64,000 nt of DNA from Candidatus Yanofskybacteria bacterium (GCA_020847715.1 JADLBM010000016.1:6919-70918), one strand, 5' to 3'. Positions 39,059 through 49,255 are shown, counted from the first letter of the stretch. Translations and numbers: made by a program. Notes: generated by a model from the letters alone, not told the origin.

Positions 39059-40909
39059 TTACTGTACCCGACCGTCGTTAGGATGGCCTTCGATATCGTC
39101 GCTCGTGAGGTTCCGCAATATGGACTCGACGAGTTGGCCCGTGAACACATCGGTACCGGTCAGGGTCGCCCTATTCATAAGCGGAACGCTCTGTCCGCGC
39201 TGACTCTCTGACGGTTTGAAGGAAAGCTTGAATGTCGCCTCATATCGCGGCGTCCCGTTGCCAGTTCCGAACGGAAGTGTGCCGATAGTCCATGTCACAG
39301 TGTTGCGGGTGCGATCGTACACCGGCGGGGTTCCGTTACTTGCTGTCGGGGTGCCAGCAAAGATGACACCCGTTGGGAGCGATGCAACAACCTTGGCATC
39401 GCGCACATCGTTCCCCGGATTCGCCAACTGCCACCGCACCATCACCGTAGTGTCTTGCCCTGCGACCGGCGGCAGCGGACCGGAACCCGCTCCTCCGTCA
39501 TATACGAGTGCTTGTGTAAGCGTCGGCTGAGAACCAATCTTGGTCGTCACACTATCGAGCGCAAACACCTCGTTCCCATCGATACCGGTCGGAACCTGCG
39601 ATGTCGCAAGCCGCGCCGTGGCTTTCACGAAGAAACTCTTTGCCCCATCGAGTTGCCCTCCCGAGAGACCGGCCTTCAATGGGACCGTGAATGTCAGCCG
39701 CCCCGTGGTCCCAGGCGTGAGAGCCGAAAAATCAGGAACACCGGCGGCATCGAATACGATTGTTCTCGAGGCATCATCAAAGAACCCCTGAGATACTTGC
39801 ACGCGAGCAGTGTCATACATATCCCCCTCCAGCTTCACCCCGAGCAGGAGCCCGAGCAGGGTGAATCGGGAGTCGTTCCGGTAGGTCACCGTATATCGCA
39901 GTGTATCGCCTGGGAACGCAACATAATCGCGTCCACCGGCAGGAGCGAGCGAGACCGAGAGTAGCGGGCTCGAAATCATCGTGAACGCTTCGGTCCGCAC
40001 ATAGTCTACGTACTGCCCATTGAGATTTCGCTGGACGACCGCCGTCACGATCTTCGTCTCTCCCTGTGCGCCGGGGAGCGTGCCGGTCACCCGAATGCGC
40101 TTCCCTTGGCCGTCCGCGAGCGCGTCGAGATTCCAGACCGTATTCCCCGTCGAAGGATTCGGGTTCATGCTCTGAACCACGAATCCATCCGGATAAGCAA
40201 GCGTCACTTTCAGATCCGAGAGATCAGCTCCGGAATCGTTCCGCATATCCAGCAGGTACTCGACCGGCTGACCAGCAACGACGGTCGGCGGCGCGACAAG
40301 CGTAAGCGTAACCGGAAGAGCGGTGATCGTAGTGGTCACCGTCGCCTCTTTTTCAAAATTGGAGCGCAACGTACCGGCGCGGAAGATGGTCTTCACTCGC
40401 GCCGTCTGCATGGCACCCTTATCCCCCACGAGAACTGCCTTAATCTCCCGCGTTCCCGATTGTCCCGGATCCAGTTTGTCGACGGTGAATCCTTCGCTCT
40501 CCGGCATCGTTGCCGCGCCATCCTTCATAACAATAGTTCCCTCCGGATAAAACAACCGGAAGCTCATATCGGTCAGCGAAACCTTTGTGTCATTTCGATA
40601 GGAAATGGTGTACGTGATTTCGTCACCGGATGTCGCGCGATCGGGAGCGTCGAGCGTTATCGAAACGCCCTTGTCAGAAAACGAGCTTCCGCCCCACCAG
40701 AGCGACCCGATGGTCAGCACAAAGAGCCCGGCGGCCGCGAGCATGAGCCACTTCAATAGTTGATTGGAGCGTTTTCGCATGGGGGGAATGCCGGCCTCAC
40801 TCTGCCGGAATGGCGGCTCATGGGGCGCCTGCATCACCGGTGGGACCGACTCGACTGGCCGCTCTGGAACAGGCGTAATGAGCGGCGAAATCTCAAAATC
40901 TGCGGGCAT
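39059..40909 (-). CDS. Membrane-anchored surface protein with repeated Ig-like (DUF11-like) domains
   Basis: One TM helix, then repeats of G..ITYTISYRN / YLLDMRN / YTVTYRN and W.L..L..G. Confidence 0.75.
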   Translation of the reverse strand: MPADFEISPLITPVPERPVESVPPVMQAPHEPPFRQSEAGIPPMRKRSNQLLKWLMLAAAGLFVLTIGSLWWGGSSFSDKGVSITLDAPDRATSGDEITYTISYRNDTKVSLTDMSFRLFYPEGTIVMKDGAATMPESEGFTVDKLDPGQSGTREIKAVLVGDKGAMQTARVKTIFRAGTLRSNFEKEATVTTTITALPVTLTLVAPPTVVAGQPVEYLLDMRNDSGADLSDLKVTLAYPDGFVVQSMNPNPSTGNTVWNLDALADGQGKRIRVTGTLPGAQGETKIVTAVVQRNLNGQYVDYVRTEAFTMISSPLLSVSLAPAGGRDYVAFPGDTLRYTVTYRNDSRFTLLGLLLGVKLEGDMYDTARVQVSQGFFDDASRTIVFDAAGVPDFSALTPGTTGRLTFTVPLKAGLSGGQLDGAKSFFVKATARLATSQVPTGIDGNEVFALDSVTTKIGSQPTLTQALVYDGGAGSGPLPPVAGQDTTVMVRWQLANPGNDVRDAKVVASLPTGVIFAGTPTASNGTPPVYDRTRNTVTWTIGTLPFGTGNGTPRYEATFKLSFKPSESQRGQSVPLMNRATLTGTDVFTGQLVESILRNLTSDDIEGHPNDGRVQ

Positions 40910-40921
40910 ATCGCCATGCTA

Positions 40922-41497
40922 TCACGAAAGTGACGCCAAACGAAGCGCGTCATAGAAGAGATCAAGCGAGGAGAATGATCGCTGCGCAATCTGCTCAAAG
41001 CGGTCGTCAAGTGACGACCTCCCAGCGTGGGCACTCTGGAGCGTGTGCTCGCCGGAGGCTCCGTACCCAAGCACCTCAAGCACCGCTGCCTGCTGGCGGC
41101 GAAATGCCCCGAGAAGCTCCGCCCGCGGCGTCGTATCCATTTCATGAAGCGCATCACAGATGCAGGCCCAGAGATGCGCATCCGGTTGCTCGTCGTAAAC
41201 GGCCGCGCTTACTACCTGAAGAAAGAACTGCGCCGCGGCCCACCCCGCAACCGTCCCCTTCGCACTGGAAAACGCCCGCACCACTTGGGCGCCGGTCATA
41301 ATCGGCCCACTCCGTCCAGCGACCAATTCACAGCGAATAACATTCCCCTCGTCGATCGCGAGCGCTTGCGTACTATGCGCTCGCATCGAACCTTTCGCAA
41401 TCGCGGTGAGCTTCCCCATCTCCTTGGTGTAGAGCACGACCATCTGGTCGTGCTCTCGAACGGGTATTTTCCGAATGACCACAGCTTCAATATGCAT
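40922..41497 (-). CDS. recO: DNA repair protein RecO (short form)
   Basis: EAVVIRK...EHD..VVLYTKEMGKLTAIAKG OB-fold N-terminus. Confidence 0.8.
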   Translation of the reverse strand: MHIEAVVIRKIPVREHDQMVVLYTKEMGKLTAIAKGSMRAHSTQALAIDEGNVIRCELVAGRSGPIMTGAQVVRAFSSAKGTVAGWAAAQFFLQVVSAAVYDEQPDAHLWACICDALHEMDTTPRAELLGAFRRQQAAVLEVLGYGASGEHTLQSAHAGRSSLDDRFEQIAQRSFSSLDLFYDALRLASLS

Positions 41498-41503
41498 ACG
41501 ACA

Positions 41504-41980
41504 TCAACGGAAAAAGACCGTTATCTCACGGGCATCATCGAATTGCGGAAGCCCTGACGGATTATCTTTCTTCAAGATGAGCGCCCCGCGGGAACTATAT
41601 GCCGGCTTCTCGAATACAACCGTTGCCTCAAAGGGGACCCATTCGGTAGTCATCCATTCTCCCATCGCCTGTGCGGGAACCGTCGCGATGATGAGCCCGT
41701 CCCAATCGGTTAGAATGACCGGAAAGCTTCCCTCAAAGAACCAACTCCCCCGCGCCTTCCCGCTCACCCGCAATGGAGAGCTGACGCTCGCCATCGGAAG
41801 CGGCTGGTCAATGATAATGAGGTCGTCGGCGTCGGTTGTCGCGAGGGGCGTGGGCGACGCCATAGGAGTACCAGTCGGAACCGGCTCCCGACGAAGCGCG
41901 GGACCAAGCCACCACGCGCCCAGCGCCACCGCGCCAAGCAACACCACCGCCACAACGGTTATTCGTGCTACAGGATTCAT
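41504..41980 (-). CDS. Gmad2 Ig-like domain membrane protein
   Basis: TM helix plus P...VSSPLRVSGKARGSWFFEGSFPV...KDNPSG. Confidence 0.8.
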   Translation of the reverse strand: MNPVARITVVAVVLLGAVALGAWWLGPALRREPVPTGTPMASPTPLATTDADDLIIIDQPLPMASVSSPLRVSGKARGSWFFEGSFPVILTDWDGLIIATVPAQAMGEWMTTEWVPFEATVVFEKPAYSSRGALILKKDNPSGLPQFDDAREITVFFR

Positions 41981-42285
41981 TCTGTTGAGAGCGCTCCGCC
42001 TGCCTCCTCCCAATCCTTGAGCCCACCAATGTTCACGACATGCTCCCAGCCGTTCGCGGTGAGAATTTCCGCCGCTTTGCCGGCGCGTCCGCCCGCCGCA
42101 CAGTGCGTATACACCGTCACATCATGCGGAATATCGGGGAATTCTCCGCGCTCAAGCCGGGCAAGCTCCCAGTGGAGTGCGCCTGCGGCGTGCCCCGCCG
42201 CCCACTCCTCATCTCGTCGCACATCGAGCAAAACCGACGTTCCTGCCGCTTGATCGACAACCGCTTGTGCTGCGTTGGTATTCAT
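41977..42285 (-). CDS. Rhodanese-like domain protein
   Basis: LLDVR..EW..GH..GA, HCAAGGRA, IGG..W. Confidence 0.9.
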   Translation of the reverse strand: MNTNAAQAVVDQAAGTSVLLDVRRDEEWAAGHAAGALHWELARLERGEFPDIPHDVTVYTHCAAGGRAGKAAEILTANGWEHVVNIGGLKDWEEAGGALSTE

Positions 42286-42301
42286 GCCGCAAGTATACAC
42301 C

Positions 42302-42991
42302 CTACCTTCGCGTCCCGACTACAACGAAGTGGACGGTGAACAAGTCGTCGATTACCTTGTCGCCAAGATTCTTGAAGAAATTACCCGACGCATAGGTCAA
42401 CCCCCACTGCGTACGATCGAGAGTCGCCGTCGCTTCCATGGTCAGTGCGTTTCCCGCCCCAGTAAGAGTCGCCAAAAATTGGACGGGCTTCGTGACACCC
42501 TTGATGGCAAGCGTCCCGCTCACGGTGAGCTGGCCGGACACTGATGCGGGAGTCAGCTTCTCAAATGTGAATGCTGCGGTCGGATACTTCTCGACATCGA
42601 AGAAGTCCGCCGACTTAAGGTGCTTCTGCATCATCGTCTCGCCGCTCCCCCGCCCCGTGCTCGTCGTCGTAATGGTTGTCAGATCCACCACGACAGACCC
42701 CTTGGTCACTGCGCCGCCCTCTACCACTGCAGAGCCGCTTGCGATCGCCACGGTGCCACGGTCAATGTAGTTCGCAATAAGCGTCTTCGAGCCAGACCAC
42801 TCCATACGGGACGCCGAAGCGGTCAGCTGGTAGACACCATCGGAGAATACCAGCGGCGTTGCCGTCGCCTCGACTGGAGTCGCCGACAACACGGGGTCGC
42901 CAATGGGTCCGCGCTGATCACCCGATACAACATAGAGCACCCCGCCGACAACCGCGGCAACGATGACGAGAAATAGAATGAGTTTCATCAT
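42302..42991 (-). CDS. YceI family protein
   Basis: HLKSADFFDVEKYPTA, GTLAIKGVTKPV, LDRTQWGL. Confidence 0.9.
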   Translation of the reverse strand: MMKLILFLVIVAAVVGGVLYVVSGDQRGPIGDPVLSATPVEATATPLVFSDGVYQLTASASRMEWSGSKTLIANYIDRGTVAIASGSAVVEGGAVTKGSVVVDLTTITTTSTGRGSGETMMQKHLKSADFFDVEKYPTAAFTFEKLTPASVSGQLTVSGTLAIKGVTKPVQFLATLTGAGNALTMEATATLDRTQWGLTYASGNFFKNLGDKVIDDLFTVHFVVVGTRR

Positions 42992-43075
42992 GCGTTCTAT
43001 AGTAGCGGACCTTCAGTCCGAAGCAACCCCTGTGCAGTCGTCAAAAAATCATGTACAACCACCTTGGAGGTGCGT

Positions 43076-43540
43076 ATGGCGATCGATGTCGTTTTTGCGT
43101 TCGTCGGAACACCCAGGGGAGACCCCGACACAATGCTCGTGTGTCTCCGGGAGAAGACATCGCGGCGCGGCGTCATCTTCACTATCGGTGATACGGATGC
43201 CGAAGCGATCCTGAGCGTTGCCCCCGGAGTCGTGCGTCACGGATATGAAGTCCATGAAATCTGGGCGGCAGCGATGACCACGATGGGAGTCACCCTCGAG
43301 CAGGTCATCCTCACGGGACTCAACGAGGAGCAAGCAGTACAGGGAGAGCTTCACTTCCGGCTCGGAGACCGTGCGTGGAGCGTCCCATGCCATCGACCTC
43401 CTATTGGCATCGCGCTTGCGCTGGCCATGAACGCTCCCATCCGCATCGCGAATGAGCTGTTCGCGGCAATGCAGCCGACCGACATCCCGGAACGCTTCCT
43501 CGGGGCATCTTCTCCGAAGGATGCGACCTCGACGGACTGA
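43076..43540 (+). CDS. Divergent bifunctional nuclease (DUF151)-like protein
   Basis: IG..DAEAI, LEQVILT, RP..GIALALAMNAPI pattern; GGAGG SD. Confidence 0.55.
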   Translation: MAIDVVFAFVGTPRGDPDTMLVCLREKTSRRGVIFTIGDTDAEAILSVAPGVVRHGYEVHEIWAAAMTTMGVTLEQVILTGLNEEQAVQGELHFRLGDRAWSVPCHRPPIGIALALAMNAPIRIANELFAAMQPTDIPERFLGASSPKDATSTD

Positions 43541-43614
43541 GGAGATTTCTTCAACACCCACGGCGGCGACATCCCCGAAGCCTGACCCCCGCATCTGCGG
43601 GGGTTGTTTTTGTA

Positions 43615-46600
43615 TTAAACACGAATCCCGATCCACAGGGATTTCCCTGGCGCAAGATCCGCACTCTTTTCAAGCTTCAGCGCGACTCCATCCCGCTGAT
43701 TCGTGAAGATCGACAAGCCCGTCTCCTCGGCAATCATGTCGGCGTAGGCCAGCAACGCGCGGGATATTTCAGCATCTTCGCTCGTCCAGAAACACTGTAC
43801 GCGGTCCCCGACACGGCATCCGGCCTCTTTGCGCATGTCTTGAATGGCGCGCATCACCTCGCGCGCAAAACCCTCCGCTCGTAGCTCGGTCCCGATGGTA
43901 GTATCCAACGACACCGGAGCGCCCGGCATGTAGTTGACCTCTTTTACATTGAGCTCGTCCCGAATGAGCGCCTCGAGGTCGCTCGGGAGCTGTGTTCCAG
44001 GAATGGTGACCGCTCGCAGCGGCTGACGCACCTTGATCTGCTGGTCTTTCCGAATGGCAAGCCCAGCGCTGATGTGAGTGCGCACCTGCTCCATCTGTTG
44101 ATGTAGCGTTTCATTGACGAGCGCGATATTCGCCTGCTCCCAGTCAGCGAGGTGAACCGACTCCGCATCGCCCGGCCGTTTGAGCTTTTGCCATAGGTCC
44201 TCGGCGGTGAACGGAATGAACGGCGCTATCAGAAGGGCGAGCGAGCGGAGCACTGAACGCAACACCGGGAGCGCGCCGCTCCGCTTTCGGCTACGCCGCA
44301 GCCACCACTGACTGAAGTCGTCGACGACAAATCGTTCAAGTTCACGGGCGGCAACTGTCGTGTCGTAGTGATCCAGCCGCTCCGTGACCGTGCGCGTCAC
44401 CTCATGCAACCGCGAAAGGATCCACTCGTCCAACAAGTTTGTTGCCGCCCCCTCATCCGTGGCGTGCTCGGTCTGGTAGAGCTCGTAGAACCGCAAGCAA
44501 TTCCCGAGCGTCCCGAGAAAGCCCGTCAGTCGCTCGCGCACTTCTCGTACGCTGAAATTCTTCGTGTCCCCCGGAGCGTTCACGGTATAGAAGTACCACC
44601 GCGTTGCGTCGACGCCGACCGCGTCGAACACATCGTTCGGGAGCACGACATTCCCACGCGACTTGGACATCTTCTGCCCCTTCTCATCGAGTACATGCCC
44701 CAGCGAGACGACATTCTTGAACGGGGTCCCGCGCCCGAGTGCCGTCGCAACTGCGAGCAGCGTGTAAAACCAGCCACGCGTCTGGTCAACCGCCTCGGAA
44801 ATGAAGTCCGCCGGAAACTGCTGATTGAAGAGCTCCTCGTGCTCGAATGGCCAATGCCACTGCGCGTACGGCATGGAGCCGGAATCGAACCAGACGTCGC
44901 AAATCTCGGGCACGCGACGCAGCGTTTTCCCTCCCCGCTTCAGAACAATTTCATCAATGTATGGCCGATGCAGATCCACCGCGCCGCTCGCATCGCGAGG
45001 AATATTTCGCATGACAACCCGTTCCGGACTTGCATACGCAACGAAGTCGCTCCCGCGGCGCTCTTTTTCGGCAATGGATTCCTTCATGGTCCACCCGTTG
45101 GCCGCATCTACCAACATCCAGATGGGATACTCGTGACTCACGATGAGCACGTGCTTCCCCGCGTAGGCATCGTTCAGTTCTTTCATGACGCCCCACATGC
45201 GAGCGCGAAGATCGGCAAGCGACTCACCCCCCGGCGGCTGCTGAATGAACTTACTCTCGTAGGTCGGATACTGCTGATGGTACGCCGCATCGTGGCAACC
45301 CTTCAGGGTCGGCCCGAGATTAATCTCCCGCAGGCGCTCATCGGAGATAACCTTTGTGATGCCCAACTCGTTCGCAAATACCTCTGCGGTCTCGGCCGTT
45401 CGCTGGATAGGCGAAGTAATGATGGCGGCGAGCTTCACCCGCTTTTTCCCAAGCTCACGCTTCAGCATGCGCGCCGCTTCAAGTGCCTGCGCACGGCCGG
45501 CATCGGTGAGCGGAGAGTCCCCTTCTCCTTGGTCGATGACATGCTTAACATTCTTCACCGACTCCCCATGACGAACCACCCAGAACGTTGCCGGCGTGTC
45601 GCCGCGATAGGTATCGAGGTCCTCAAGCGATGAGACGACGAGCGGCTCACCGACAATCTGCCCCTGTCGATCGCGAGCGACCCAGATGGGAAGTGGCGTC
45701 CCCCAGTAGCGCTCACGAGAAAAGTTCCAATCCTTGCTCTCACGGAGCCACTGGCCGAAGCGGCCCTCTTTCAGGTGGCCTGGAACCCAATTGATGTCGG
45801 CATTGTTCGCGAGAAGCTCCTTGTTTAACGAGCTCATCCGCACGAACCAGCTATCCTTGGCATAGTACAACAGCGGCGTATCGCACCGCCAGCAGAACGG
45901 GTACTCGTGCTCATACGGAACCTTCGCCAAGAGCAACGAACGCGCGGCGAGCTGCTCCAGAATGAGCGCCTCGGTCTCCGCGGCCTTTACATACCGCCCA
46001 TCGAGCTCGGCGGATACGCCCACAAACTTTCCGCGCTCATCGACGGTGTGCACCTTCGGAAGTCCGACCGCTACGCCAAGTCGGTAGTCGTCTTCGCCAT
46101 ACATGACCGCCGTATGTACAATGCCGGTGCCGTCGGTCGTCGTAACGAAATCCGCATCATACACCTTGTACGATGTTGGCTTCTTCAGCGCTCGCACTGA
46201 AAAAAGCGGTTCGTAGCTGGTGGCGACAAGCTCGCCCCCATTGAACTCAGCGAGTATCTCCAATGGCGCGCCGAGCACTTTTTGCGCGAGGTCTGCCGCG
46301 AGAATGAAGTATTCGTCCCCCCGCTTCGCAAGCACATACTGCACCGAGGACCCGACTGCCAATGCAACATTCCCCGGCAGCGTCCACGGGGTCGTCGTCC
46401 ACGCAAGCAGAAACGTGTTCTTCGGAAGCGCCTTCCCATCAAGCTTCAGCTTCGAGCTCTTCACCTTGAACTTGAGGTATACCGATGTATCGGTAACGGT
46501 CTTATACCCCTGCGCAACCTCGTGGCTCGAGAGCGGCGTTCCGCACCGCGTGCAGTACGGCACAACCCGATGCGCCTGATACAGAAGTTTCCGCTCCCAG

Positions 46601-47076
46601 AACCGTCCGATGATATTCCAGAGCGATTCGATGTAGGGGTTCTCGTAGGTGATGTACGGATCCTGCAAGTCCACCCAGTAGCCGATGCGGCGCGTGAACC
46701 GGTCCCACTCACTCTTGAACTTCCACACCGACTCGCGGCACTTTGCGTTGTATGGCGCGATACCGTACGCCTCGATGTCCTTCTTGCTCTTGAACCCAAG
46801 CTCTTTCTCTACCTGAATCTCTACCGGAAGGCCGTGCGTATCCCATCCCCCTTTGCGCAGCACATAGCGCCCGCGCATGGTCTGGTAGCGGTTGAAGATG
46901 TCTTTGAAGATGCGCGCGATGACATGGTGAATCCCCGGATTGCCGTTCGCGGTCGGCGGTCCTTCGTAGAACACGAACGGCGTGCCGCCTTCCCGCTGCC
47001 GCATGCTTTTCCGGAAGACATCGTTGTCTTCCCAGAATTTCTGTATGCGTTCTTCGAGCTCTTTGAATTCGGCCAT
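43615..47076 (-). CDS. ileS: Isoleucine--tRNA ligase type 2 with an inserted histidine phosphatase domain
   Basis: FYEGPPTANG.PGIHH, GWDTHGLPVE, WTTTPWTLP, DWNFSRERYWGTP, WFDSGSMP, DQTRGWFY, KMSKS; insert with RHGE...QRT...LRE...SHE. Confidence 0.95.
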   Translation of the reverse strand: MAEFKELEERIQKFWEDNDVFRKSMRQREGGTPFVFYEGPPTANGNPGIHHVIARIFKDIFNRYQTMRGRYVLRKGGWDTHGLPVEIQVEKELGFKSKKDIEAYGIAPYNAKCRESVWKFKSEWDRFTRRIGYWVDLQDPYITYENPYIESLWNIIGRFWERKLLYQAHRVVPYCTRCGTPLSSHEVAQGYKTVTDTSVYLKFKVKSSKLKLDGKALPKNTFLLAWTTTPWTLPGNVALAVGSSVQYVLAKRGDEYFILAADLAQKVLGAPLEILAEFNGGELVATSYEPLFSVRALKKPTSYKVYDADFVTTTDGTGIVHTAVMYGEDDYRLGVAVGLPKVHTVDERGKFVGVSAELDGRYVKAAETEALILEQLAARSLLLAKVPYEHEYPFCWRCDTPLLYYAKDSWFVRMSSLNKELLANNADINWVPGHLKEGRFGQWLRESKDWNFSRERYWGTPLPIWVARDRQGQIVGEPLVVSSLEDLDTYRGDTPATFWVVRHGESVKNVKHVIDQGEGDSPLTDAGRAQALEAARMLKRELGKKRVKLAAIITSPIQRTAETAEVFANELGITKVISDERLREINLGPTLKGCHDAAYHQQYPTYESKFIQQPPGGESLADLRARMWGVMKELNDAYAGKHVLIVSHEYPIWMLVDAANGWTMKESIAEKERRGSDFVAYASPERVVMRNIPRDASGAVDLHRPYIDEIVLKRGGKTLRRVPEICDVWFDSGSMPYAQWHWPFEHEELFNQQFPADFISEAVDQTRGWFYTLLAVATALGRGTPFKNVVSLGHVLDEKGQKMSKSRGNVVLPNDVFDAVGVDATRWYFYTVNAPGDTKNFSVREVRERLTGFLGTLGNCLRFYELYQTEHATDEGAATNLLDEWILSRLHEVTRTVTERLDHYDTTVAARELERFVVDDFSQWWLRRSRKRSGALPVLRSVLRSLALLIAPFIPFTAEDLWQKLKRPGDAESVHLADWEQANIALVNETLHQQMEQVRTHISAGLAIRKDQQIKVRQPLRAVTIPGTQLPSDLEALIRDELNVKEVNYMPGAPVSLDTTIGTELRAEGFAREVMRAIQDMRKEAGCRVGDRVQCFWTSEDAEISRALLAYADMIAEETGLSIFTNQRDGVALKLEKSADLAPGKSLWIGIRV

Positions 47077-47120
47077 ATCCGCTCATGGTACGCAACTTTG
47101 CCCGCTTTTTCAAGATAAAT

Positions 47121-47145
47121 AAGCGGCCCACCAGGTGGGCCGCTT
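47121..47145. terminator. Hairpin terminator
   Basis: AAGCGGCCCACC-A-GGTGGGCCGCTT palindrome; T-rich tail on the minus strand. Confidence 0.6.
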
Positions 47146-47156
47146 CGTCCGAGATG

Positions 47157-47366
47157 CTACCACTGCATGGAATTCTGCTCGACAGCCTCGCGCACTCCAG
47201 AGATGCCCTCGAACAAGCGGGCCCCAACTACGACACTTGGCCGCGCACACCCCGCGAACTGACCCGCGAACTGCTCAGTCGCGCGCTCAAAGCGAATTCC
47301 TCGAAGCCGCAGAAATCGCTCGGCGGCCTTACTCGTTGAGCTGTCGTCGGAAATCAACACAAACAT
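47157..47366 (-). CDS. Glutaredoxin/NrdH-like fold protein lacking CxxC (69 aa)
   Basis: GAGGAGG SD; SSTSKAAERFL..RGIRFE...P.VVVG..LFEG resembles the Grx pattern. Confidence 0.5.
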   Translation of the reverse strand: MFVLISDDSSTSKAAERFLRLRGIRFERATEQFAGQFAGCARPSVVVGARLFEGISGVREAVEQNSMQW

Positions 47367-47429
47367 CTGCCCCCTCCTCGAAAAGAGATGCGGCGAGTCT
47401 ATGGCAAAATTACCGAGAAATCAATCTCT

Positions 47430-49250
47430 CTACTCCTGCGCCGCAGAGAGAGGCTCGGGTGAAGCCGAAAGCTGAGCAACGCCTTTCAAGTACTTCGCCG
47501 GCCACTTCCGGTACCAACTCTTGAACTCCTGCACCTCTTTCCGACCATCCGGATAGGTCACCACATATGTCGCGATAGCCGAACCGCCGGGGTGCGGCGT
47601 CTCAACCTGCTTGATGACCCCCGGCGCAAGGTCAGTCGTTTCAATGTAGACCGGCTCGCCGGGCGGTGTTTCAGTGAGCGTACGAGGACCGATGACCTGA
47701 CTCGTGCGCCCATCGCTTGTTCCGTAGAGATCAAACGTCACCTTGTCGCCGATAACATACCCGATGATGAGAAGCGGATATGCGGTATCGTTTTTGAATT
47801 TGAAATCCACATTCGGCTCGTAAATGGTCGCGTCGAGGCCCGGGCCTATCTTCCGTCCCGCGCCATCCTTTTCGTAGTATGTCACGCGATAGCTGTGGTT
47901 CCGGCGCGCAGTCACCGGTAAACCGGCATCCAGCACCGCACGGAAGAGTGTCGTAGATACCTGACATAGTCCGCCGCCAAACTCGGGAAGCGTGCGGTCT
48001 CCTTTGATGACGAGCTCGGGAAGATACCCGCTCGTGTTGTCGATGGTGCCCAATGTCTGAAGTGTCGAAAACTCCTCCCCTGCCTTGACGACGGTACCCG
48101 TGAGAAACTTCACGCCATTTTTAATGTTGCTGATGCGATTCTTCGGACTGCCGGTAAATGGCGTCGTCGCCTTTCCGATGAGCTCACGAATCCCCGATGA
48201 TGCGTCGAGCCCCTCGAGCGCCATACTGGTCGCCTTCAGTGGGACCACGAGCACATCGCCGCCCTTCGCGTTCGTCGCACGACCCGTGACGGAGTCGGCA
48301 ATCATCTGCACCAGTGCGTCCTCCTTCACGGCTCGCCCGACCTTCGGAGGTACAAAACCGGTCACGCGCCCGCCGTCGGTGGTAATCTGCGGCGGCTGAG
48401 GATCGACATTGAGCGCCTTGGCAACCGTCGTAACATACGTGCCGATAGCGGTGCGGTCGACATCCGCGCGCAGACGATTTCCGTCTGCGCGGGAAACGAC
48501 CCACGAGCCAAGCTTCTCGCGACTAATCGTGAAAAAGAGATCCTCGTACTGGAGCGTGAGCGGTCGCGCAATCATGCGGCGCGCGGCGGCCGCCGCGTCT
48601 TCAGCGGTCGTGGCATCGATACGAGGAGGATCGTCACGCAACTGCAACGCGATCGTCGCGCCACCGAGCGAGCGGAGCGAATCAAGGGTCGCGGAAAACG
48701 CTTCCTGCTGGTCGATCGCCCGCCCCGGTTTTGTGTCGGTGCGCACCACTACGGTCGTCCCCTCGATTTCGAGACGCACATCACGGCGTTCGACATCGGT
48801 CGCACCGGCAACCTCCGCGACTTGCGCCTGCAATGCCTGCTCATCAACACGGACGGGTGCGGCGATATGCTCTTGGTGCCAGAGTGCGGAAACGCGAGCC
48901 CACTGCCGCGAAAAGAGCGGCCCCTCATGACCTCGCCTGAATGCATCATCCACGGCCTGTCCGATGTTCAAATCGAACCCGATGTTCCCAAGGTCCACCG
49001 CCTGCGGAGCACCTTCGACAACCAACGGGATGCCCTCCGATCCGAGACGATCAAGCGCCGCCTGCAACGCGAGGCCCGCTTGGTCACGCGTTAGGCCGCC
49101 AACCTCCACCGACCCAATCCATGTGTGCGGCACAATACGGTCGCCAACATACCACCCGTACGCCACAGCTCCGGATACCACGACACCAATAACGGCGACG
49201 ACGCCGATGAGAACGCGAGTCCGTAGAGATGAGAGGGATAGGAGTGCCAC
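47430..49250 (-). CDS. VanW family protein with putative peptidoglycan-binding (YoaR-like) domains
   Basis: TM helix; RISNI, GEEFS, GGGLCQVSTTLFRA, RRNHSY, GLDATIY, DFKFKN; G5-like tail. Confidence 0.9.
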   Translation of the reverse strand: MALLSLSSLRTRVLIGVVAVIGVVVSGAVAYGWYVGDRIVPHTWIGSVEVGGLTRDQAGLALQAALDRLGSEGIPLVVEGAPQAVDLGNIGFDLNIGQAVDDAFRRGHEGPLFSRQWARVSALWHQEHIAAPVRVDEQALQAQVAEVAGATDVERRDVRLEIEGTTVVVRTDTKPGRAIDQQEAFSATLDSLRSLGGATIALQLRDDPPRIDATTAEDAAAAARRMIARPLTLQYEDLFFTISREKLGSWVVSRADGNRLRADVDRTAIGTYVTTVAKALNVDPQPPQITTDGGRVTGFVPPKVGRAVKEDALVQMIADSVTGRATNAKGGDVLVVPLKATSMALEGLDASSGIRELIGKATTPFTGSPKNRISNIKNGVKFLTGTVVKAGEEFSTLQTLGTIDNTSGYLPELVIKGDRTLPEFGGGLCQVSTTLFRAVLDAGLPVTARRNHSYRVTYYEKDGAGRKIGPGLDATIYEPNVDFKFKNDTAYPLLIIGYVIGDKVTFDLYGTSDGRTSQVIGPRTLTETPPGEPVYIETTDLAPGVIKQVETPHPGGSAIATYVVTYPDGRKEVQEFKSWYRKWPAKYLKGVAQLSASPEPLSAAQE

Positions 49251-49255
49251 GATGA

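Noticed and set aside
45020-45590. Intein in ileS
   Set aside because: No C/S start, HN end or LAGLIDADG motifs; the insert has histidine phosphatase motifs instead.
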